A stretch of 64,000 bases of DNA from Verrucomicrobiaceae bacterium. GTDB taxonomy: Bacteria > Verrucomicrobiota > Verrucomicrobiia > Verrucomicrobiales > Akkermansiaceae. Below are positions 57,819 to 64,000 of this stretch, piece by piece. Positions within the stretch are counted from its first letter, which is position 1; every line of letters begins with the position of its first letter. The position numbers and the translations under genes were made by a program. The notes under the pieces were generated by a model. The model was not told the origin of the DNA. It saw nothing but the letters and a program-made list of their open reading frames with translations, and made no database searches. Location of the stretch: the NCBI GenBank assembly GCA_051252135.1, contig JBPOGH010000003.1, positions 224,001 through 288,000 on the forward strand, given 5' to 3'.

Positions 57819-60800
57819 CTACTGGGTCGCCACCAGACGGAAGTACTTCTTCCCCCCCGCAAGAGTCGGATCATTCAGGAAACGGGTCACCTTCACCCGC
57901 CCATCACCCATGTTCACCCGGGACACCTCCACCATCTCATCCCCCACCGGAATCCACGTCGAAAGATCACTCGAAGCATAAACCGTGATCGTCGCCAGAT
58001 CCGCCGTGATTCCTTCGGAATATGTCAGCGTCGGCAAAGTCATCACCCCCGCCCCCGTATCCTGGGCCGCCATCTCCAGCGTCACCGGAATCGCCGCAAA
58101 CCCGAGATCGTTACCCAGCGCATAATCAAGAAGATCCGCAAGACCGTTCCCATCCGCATCAGCCAATGGCGCTGCCGGTAATGCCCGCGCATCCTCCCCT
58201 CCCGGATTCCCACCAAGGGTCGCACTCGCCCGCCAATTGCCGGCCACCGACACATCCGGACTTTTCGCCGGATTCTTCAACACCAGACTGTATCCACTGT
58301 CAGCCTCCGTCGGCCACGGCGCCTCATCAAGATAGGTAAACTCCAAAATCGTGTTATTCCCGGCATCCTCCAGTTTGAGGGTATCCTTCTTGTTATTGAG
58401 CGCACTCGACTCCGCGAACACTCCCGCAATCGGATGCCCGCTCCCGTAAACCCCAATGAAGGCCCCCGCATCCCGCACCACCAACACCCGCTCGCCCGGA
58501 GCCAGACTCCTCACTACCGCCCCCGTGAAATCAAATAGAATCCCTGATGTAAATTTCACCCCGGTCAGGTCCAGCGTCACCGTCGGGCTGATATTAACCA
58601 GCTCGATAAACTCCGCCAACCCATTGGGCTCGGGATGATACATCAGCTCGGAAATCCGCAGGAATTGCTGCGCCTCCGATGGCGTCCCCACATACGTTAG
58701 GCTCTGGTTCAGCAACCCATTGTTGTCGATCAACTCAATCGTCTCTCCTCGATTCGACAAATGCCCCGAATAACCACCCTGCACAAACAACGCCTCGCCC
58801 CCCTTCGGCGACTCCGCCCGCGCCCGAAACACATTCACATCGGGACTCACATAAACCGAATCATTCGGAGGAATCACCGTCCCGGGTTGGAAAGTGAAAT
58901 CCACCGCACCATCAAGCCGCCAATCGGAAACATCGATCGCAATATCAAAAGGATTTTCGATCTCAATATACTCCTCATCCTGGTTCCCCGAAGCCGGAGA
59001 CACCTCAATACTCGCAATCTCCAGCGTCGGCTGCACCGGATCCACCGTCACCTCCGCCCCTCCATACAATTCCACATTCAAAAGGAAATCCTCATCCCCC
59101 GCGCTCTCATTGAAACCCTGGATCGTCAGCAAATTCAATCCCGGCTTCAACGCACTCAGCTTACCCGAGACATCAAAAATTTCGTAGGAATTGATATCCG
59201 CCTCATGCGGCCCCGGTGCACTCGCATCATAGGTAATCGCCGGAGCCTGATTGGCCGACTGCAAGACGCTCCCGTTCAACACCGCGAAAAAACCATCGTC
59301 ATACTGCACCCGGAGCTCCAACCCCTCAAAGGCATCCGGATCATCCACCATGAAAGGAATACGAACATAAATTGAACTGTTCGCCGCCATCTCGGCCTCC
59401 ACATCCGTCGCGATCACCGCCTCATAACCCGTCCCTTTCTCATACCCCAGCGGAGTCGCTCCCATCCCCCAAGCGGAATCATCAAACGGCTCTGCAAATC
59501 CCAACCACGATAAACCCAGTGACCCATCGGAGGGGACAAAGTACTTCGACACCGCGCCCTTCTGAATCAGCGGAGTATACTCATAACCCGTCGTCGTAAA
59601 CTGCTTGTGCGGAATCTGCCCGCCCTTCCCGATCACCTGATTATTGTAAATGTAGTTACGCCTCGGAGCCAGATATTGCGTCTCAAGTCGCGTGATCGCC
59701 TCCGCCATCGTCTCCACGTCATTGCTCGGATGCGTGTAGGGAACCTGTACTCCATTTCCACCATGGAGCCACGATCCCCACTTCTCAAAGTCCAGTTGGG
59801 CATCGGATTTCGCGTGCGTTGGATCGTCAATCAAAGCTGACAACTCCCCAAGTCGACGCTCGTAATACCGATTCTCAACCGGAGTTTCAAGCGGCTGAAG
59901 AAACCGGTCCGCCAAGGTCCGCACCCGGCGATAAAACATATTGCGCGTTCTCGCATTCGCATACATCTGCGAAACCAACCGACTCGCCCCACCCGTCTGC
60001 ACAAAGACATTAAACTCCAGCGTATTGTTGAAGTACGCCTGCGGCTGACGCCAGAACCGACCATGGGAAAGATCCAAATCCCAAGGCAAAATGGTCCACT
60101 CATCCGTCTTCCCCGTATCCTGGTAAATATACCAGTTCTTACTGTGCATGTCGGTATTCCGGATCACCGCATTCACCGCCAACATGTTGATGATTTTGGG
60201 AAAATCAAGATTGTCGAACTGGTAATTCGTCAAAGCGGAACCCGTCAGATCCAGCCCGTCAATGAGAGCCTGAAACTCATCCCGGTTCGCCTCATCCTTC
60301 CGCGTCTTTTTCTCCACCCCGCTGAACGCATTATTCCCGGCATCCTTGTTCAAAGTGCTGTTGTAAACCTTGTAGAGAACCCCTTCCGGATTCAGCCCCG
60401 CGCGCTCCAGATAGGTCTCATCCGCATCCTCCACAAAGTCCGCCGTCGAAAAGAACTCCCCGTTCTGCTGCACCCGCACCGTGAAGGCGAAATGCCCGTG
60501 CACCCCCGACTCCCGCATCACCTCCCACGCCAGCACGTGACGCACTTTCGACTTGTCCGCCCAATTCGTCAGCAAATCGATATCCGAAACACGAGCCTCC
60601 CCCGCCCGCCATTCAAAGTGATGATCCGAATTAAAGTCGATATTGAAGGACTTCTTCGGAAACCCTCCCGTCGATTGCCCATGCTTCTTGAAGCCCACAT
60701 TGTCATAAAACTGGCCCAGATAATACAACGCTGCCGGAGCCCCCGGATTGCCGGTCGGATAATCATTCTCCGCCAACGAAGGATTTTCCATAAACCAATG

Positions 60801-61673
60801 AACCACCGTCAGATTCGTCTCAATCGCCGGATCAATTCCCACCGTCCCCCAATACTTGGGCGAATCAACCGGATCGGGAAACGGAGGATCCAGCGTCACC
60901 GCTCCACTCGTATCAATCGCCCGGAACCGCCACCGCGTCATCTCCGCCGCATCAATCGCACTGCCCGGAATGGTCGCCGTATAAATGCCGTCGCCCGCCG
61001 TCACATCGGGAGCCGTCCCGTTGTCATTCATCGACACCGCCACTTCGGACTCAAACATCTGCCGATAATAAAGAGTCACCCCCAGCACCGGATTGTTCAA
61101 CCCCCGAACATGCGCCGTCACCACCAAATCCCCGGACGGTTGCGCCGGATTCCGGGTCGCCTCCCCAATCACCGGACCCGCCGGTGTCCCCGAATTGTTC
61201 GCCTGCCCCGGCGTGGGATTCGCAAAAAATGCGAAATCCGACCCATCCACCCCAAACGAACGGTCCTCCAACTGCGGTGGATATGCCGGAGCATACTCAT
61301 GCACCACCGTCACCCCGTCCGGAGCCACCAAAGCCAAATACTCCCCATCCGCATTCAAGGTGAAATCCGTATGAAGATTCATCCCCGCCACCGCCCGATC
61401 CTTGTTCGAAGCAAAAACCGTGAGATACCCTCCCTCCAAAAGACTCACCCCCGCCGGAAACGTCCACTTTGTCAGATTATCTACCCGATCCGTCAAATGA
61501 TACCCCCCTAGATCCAACTCCCCCGCATCCGGATGGTGAATCTCAATCCAATCCGGATAATCCCCGTCCTCATCGGCCAAATTGGCACCATTTGAAGCAA
61601 GAAACTCGCTAATATAAGGAGCTCCAAAACAAAACGGCTGAATGGCAATAAAGAGAACGATCGAACATCTCAT
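57819..61673 (-). CDS. Secreted lamin-tail/CotH kinase-family protein
   Basis: ISEFLA..DWIEI; NDNG..D..AGDGIY; FPKKSF, PWDLD CotH; ISELMYHP; DADGNG..LLDY; ends KYFRLVATQ. Confidence 0.86.
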   Translation of the reverse strand: MRCSIVLFIAIQPFCFGAPYISEFLASNGANLADEDGDYPDWIEIHHPDAGELDLGGYHLTDRVDNLTKWTFPAGVSLLEGGYLTVFASNKDRAVAGMNLHTDFTLNADGEYLALVAPDGVTVVHEYAPAYPPQLEDRSFGVDGSDFAFFANPTPGQANNSGTPAGPVIGEATRNPAQPSGDLVVTAHVRGLNNPVLGVTLYYRQMFESEVAVSMNDNGTAPDVTAGDGIYTATIPGSAIDAAEMTRWRFRAIDTSGAVTLDPPFPDPVDSPKYWGTVGIDPAIETNLTVVHWFMENPSLAENDYPTGNPGAPAALYYLGQFYDNVGFKKHGQSTGGFPKKSFNIDFNSDHHFEWRAGEARVSDIDLLTNWADKSKVRHVLAWEVMRESGVHGHFAFTVRVQQNGEFFSTADFVEDADETYLERAGLNPEGVLYKVYNSTLNKDAGNNAFSGVEKKTRKDEANRDEFQALIDGLDLTGSALTNYQFDNLDFPKIINMLAVNAVIRNTDMHSKNWYIYQDTGKTDEWTILPWDLDLSHGRFWRQPQAYFNNTLEFNVFVQTGGASRLVSQMYANARTRNMFYRRVRTLADRFLQPLETPVENRYYERRLGELSALIDDPTHAKSDAQLDFEKWGSWLHGGNGVQVPYTHPSNDVETMAEAITRLETQYLAPRRNYIYNNQVIGKGGQIPHKQFTTTGYEYTPLIQKGAVSKYFVPSDGSLGLSWLGFAEPFDDSAWGMGATPLGYEKGTGYEAVIATDVEAEMAANSSIYVRIPFMVDDPDAFEGLELRVQYDDGFFAVLNGSVLQSANQAPAITYDASAPGPHEADINSYEIFDVSGKLSALKPGLNLLTIQGFNESAGDEDFLLNVELYGGAEVTVDPVQPTLEIASIEVSPASGNQDEEYIEIENPFDIAIDVSDWRLDGAVDFTFQPGTVIPPNDSVYVSPDVNVFRARAESPKGGEALFVQGGYSGHLSNRGETIELIDNNGLLNQSLTYVGTPSEAQQFLRISELMYHPEPNGLAEFIELVNISPTVTLDLTGVKFTSGILFDFTGAVVRSLAPGERVLVVRDAGAFIGVYGSGHPIAGVFAESSALNNKKDTLKLEDAGNNTILEFTYLDEAPWPTEADSGYSLVLKNPAKSPDVSVAGNWRASATLGGNPGGEDARALPAAPLADADGNGLADLLDYALGNDLGFAAIPVTLEMAAQDTGAGVMTLPTLTYSEGITADLATITVYASSDLSTWIPVGDEMVEVSRVNMGDGRVKVTRFLNDPTLAGGKKYFRLVATQ

Positions 61674-61764
61674 GGAATCGAAAACCTAACGTCATTCCCC
61701 TCACCCCGCGAGGGGTTTTTTTGATTGCCGTTATTTTCGTTTATCCTATGTTGATCAACCGCAT

Positions 61765-62490
61765 ATGAAAATATCAACCCTCCTCCAAACCCTTCCAGTG
61801 GGATGTCTGGCCCTCGCTTCCGCGCAGGCTGCCACGGTTTTCCAGCTCGGAACCGTCGATAATTCCCAGGCCGAATTCAGCCAGGAACTCGGAACGGGGG
61901 CGCCAGCTCCCGGAAGCCCCAACACCCGTGATGATGACTACTATTTCGCCGGTACCTACCCCTCACCGATCGGCGTCGTCGCCGTCGATGAATTGATTGG
62001 CGATCCCGTCGATTCAAGCAACGCCTCCGCCGATCCCAAGGGATACGAGCGCGCCGTCACTCACAGCAACCCAAACAACCGGATCCACTTCAACATGGAC
62101 TCAGCCGATGCCGCTGCAAGCACCCAACTCAACCTTCAAATCCCTCTTCGTGATGGCGGTTTTTGGGACGGTGCTGCCAACGGAGGCTGGGGAACTCACG
62201 ATGTCGCCATCACCTTCAACGGCGTTTCCGTCTGGTCCATGACCGGCATCACCGCAGATGTCCTCGTCGATGAAACCTTTAGCGCGGGCTCTGTCAGTGC
62301 CTCTACGGGCGAGAACATCATTGAGATCATTCGCACCGGCGGCGATAACTTCAACGGAAGTGCCACCGTCAGTAACGGTTGGATCCAAACGGATGCCGTC
62401 ACCCTCACCAGCAACCCGGTCCCCGAGCCGAGCTCCAACGCTCTCTTCCTCCTCGGAACTCTCGGCCTCCTCGCTCGCCGTCGTCGCTAA
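61765..62490 (+). CDS. PEP-CTERM sorting domain protein
   Basis: Signal peptide; C-terminal VPEPSS, hydrophobic stretch and RRRR. Confidence 0.93.
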   Translation: MKISTLLQTLPVGCLALASAQAATVFQLGTVDNSQAEFSQELGTGAPAPGSPNTRDDDYYFAGTYPSPIGVVAVDELIGDPVDSSNASADPKGYERAVTHSNPNNRIHFNMDSADAAASTQLNLQIPLRDGGFWDGAANGGWGTHDVAITFNGVSVWSMTGITADVLVDETFSAGSVSASTGENIIEIIRTGGDNFNGSATVSNGWIQTDAVTLTSNPVPEPSSNALFLLGTLGLLARRRR

Positions 62491-62510
62491 TCGACCACGC
62501 CTAATTCTTC

Positions 62511-62542
62511 AAACCACGCGGAGCAATCCGCGTGGTTTTTTT
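62511..62542. terminator. Bidirectional terminator
   Basis: AAACCACGCGGA-GCAA-TCCGCGTGGTTTTTTT between convergent genes. Confidence 0.82.
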
Positions 62543-64000
62543 ATTCTCCCGTCTGAACCCGGAAACTCCGCAGCGGCCCCCCATTCGGTGCCGAGATCAG
62601 CAGAGCCTCATCCCCCACCGGAACCAGCAGCATATTTCGCGAATCATCCCGCGTATTGAGCCCCGACTCAATAGGACTCACCGCAGTAAAATTGCCCGCT
62701 CCATCACCCTTCAAATAAAGATTGAGCGATGAGTTCATCCGCCCCGTCTCCCGCTGGGGATGGAAAAAGTTCTGCGCCAACACCAAATCAAGGTGCCCGT
62801 CCTTGTTGAAATCACTCAGAACAGACCCAAACGCGGGGGACAACTGCGCCCACCCCGGAAGCGGCTTCAATGCAAACGTCCCATCTCCATTGTTCATCAC
62901 CACCTGACTCTCCAATGTCGTCGCCGAAAGCTCCAACGCCTCCCCCTTCAACGCCGTGTCGTATATCTGATTAATATCCGCCAAGGCGAAATCATGATAC
63001 GTCGGAAACTTCTTCGCCAAAAATGGCATCGCATTCGTCGAGCAACTCTTTCCCCTCACCGGAAAGACCTTCCCCTCCTCATGAATCGCCTCCACCAGAT
63101 TCACCCGCCCCTCACCTCCAAAATCCGCCACCAAAAGCAAGGCCGGTTCCGTCGGCGTCGCATGATACTTGTTGTTCACCCCAAAGTTCGTCGCCACAAA
63201 ATCCGGATCCCCGTCCCCGTCAATATCCCCCACCCCAAGGCCGTTCCACCATCCCGTATGGGCCGCCAGCCCCGTCGTCGCATCAATGTTCCTCAACTCA
63301 CCTTCAACGTTCCTCCAGATCGAAATACAACCCCATTCCTGGGTTAGCACCAAGTCCTCCCACGAATCCCCGTCGACATCCACAAAACGAGCATCCGTCA
63401 CCATCCCGCTGATCTCCTGTCCCGACACAAACCCACCCTTCCCGTCGTTCAGCAACACCCGTGAAAGCGGAGCCAAAGGATAGTTCTGCGGCACAATCCG
63501 CGATCCCACAAAGAGATCCAGATCACCATCCTGATCCACATCCGCTGCAGCCACCGCCCCACCACTCTCCCGCAAATCGGGCAACGCCCCGGCCACAAAC
63601 TCCCCCCCGTCATTCAAATAAAGACGATCCCGATAACTCACATGCCCCGACTCCACCCGATTCCCCCCCGACACCACATAAAGATCCGCATCCCCGTCGC
63701 CATCCGCATCAAACACCACCGCGTCCACATCCTCCGATACCGCATCCGCCACCAGCGCCGCACATTCCTTCCGTTCAAAAACACCACCCGACTTCTGCAG
63801 AAAAATCTGCCCCGCCGATCCCGCTGCCCCGCCCACAAAAATATCTACCAACCCATCCCCGTTCAAATCACCCGAGGCCAACGCTGGTCCAAAATGCGAC
63901 AACTTGTTCGGCAACAATGGTTGAATCGAAAAATCATTAAACTCATTCTCCTCATGCACAAAATCCAACCCTGACTCATTCGCCGTTACCTCAACAAAAG
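62541..64000 (-). CDS. FG-GAP/VCBS repeat protein, 3' part (5' end outside the window)
   Basis: Multiple DxDGDG/DxNxDG repeats; frame stays open to the window edge (FVEVTANESGLDFVHEEN). Confidence 0.85.
   Translation of the reverse strand, partial: FVEVTANESGLDFVHEENEFNDFSIQPLLPNKLSHFGPALASGDLNGDGLVDIFVGGAAGSAGQIFLQKSGGVFERKECAALVADAVSEDVDAVVFDADGDGDADLYVVSGGNRVESGHVSYRDRLYLNDGGEFVAGALPDLRESGGAVAAADVDQDGDLDLFVGSRIVPQNYPLAPLSRVLLNDGKGGFVSGQEISGMVTDARFVDVDGDSWEDLVLTQEWGCISIWRNVEGELRNIDATTGLAAHTGWWNGLGVGDIDGDGDPDFVATNFGVNNKYHATPTEPALLLVADFGGEGRVNLVEAIHEEGKVFPVRGKSCSTNAMPFLAKKFPTYHDFALADINQIYDTALKGEALELSATTLESQVVMNNGDGTFALKPLPGWAQLSPAFGSVLSDFNKDGHLDLVLAQNFFHPQRETGRMNSSLNLYLKGDGAGNFTAVSPIESGLNTRDDSRNMLLVPVGDEALLISAPNGGPLRSFRVQTGE

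Noticed and set aside
1..64000. tRNA (including tRNA-Sec), rRNA, CRISPR array, transposase/integrase, sel genes
   Set aside because: No such signatures were found in the window.

Overview
Bacterial DNA, most likely from a free-living Verrucomicrobiales (PVC) organism, inferred from a PEP-CTERM protein, PVC-type ECF sigma/FecR pair, DUF1592/DUF1552 pair, PVC heme-binding CxxCH protein, CotH/lamin-tail proteins and sulfatases. About 42 CDSs are supportable; no rRNA, tRNA, CRISPR array or transposase was seen. Content: an ECF-linked DUF1592/DUF1552 module, two PhoD phosphatases, a sulfated-glycan block (alginate-lyase family, CBM6/GH30-like, sulfatase), an UPF0261-lsrF-lsrE-like-SDR operon whose usual TIM-barrel partner lies about 21 kb away, dbpA, prfC, a copper-monooxygenase fusion, a copper-resistance block, dacB and several large secreted proteins. 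Highlights: (1) two ORFs split by the ORF caller (40443-40628 and 39375-40403) are one in-frame gene with two TGA codons in the redox motif (U-E-S-U-A-A-C), a probable exported di-selenocysteine thioredoxin/CxxCH/PDZ protein; (2) an LsrF/LsrE-like pathway with no other lsr genes in the window; (3) five unrelated secreted proteins share a C-terminal S-x-x-L-x(2-4)-W...[FY]-x-R module, a candidate sorting signal; (4) strong gene-independent G/C strand skew flips near 10 kb and 48 kb; (5) REP/REPIN-like repeats and a decayed sulfatase remnant. Family assignments come from motif recognition by eye, not database searches.
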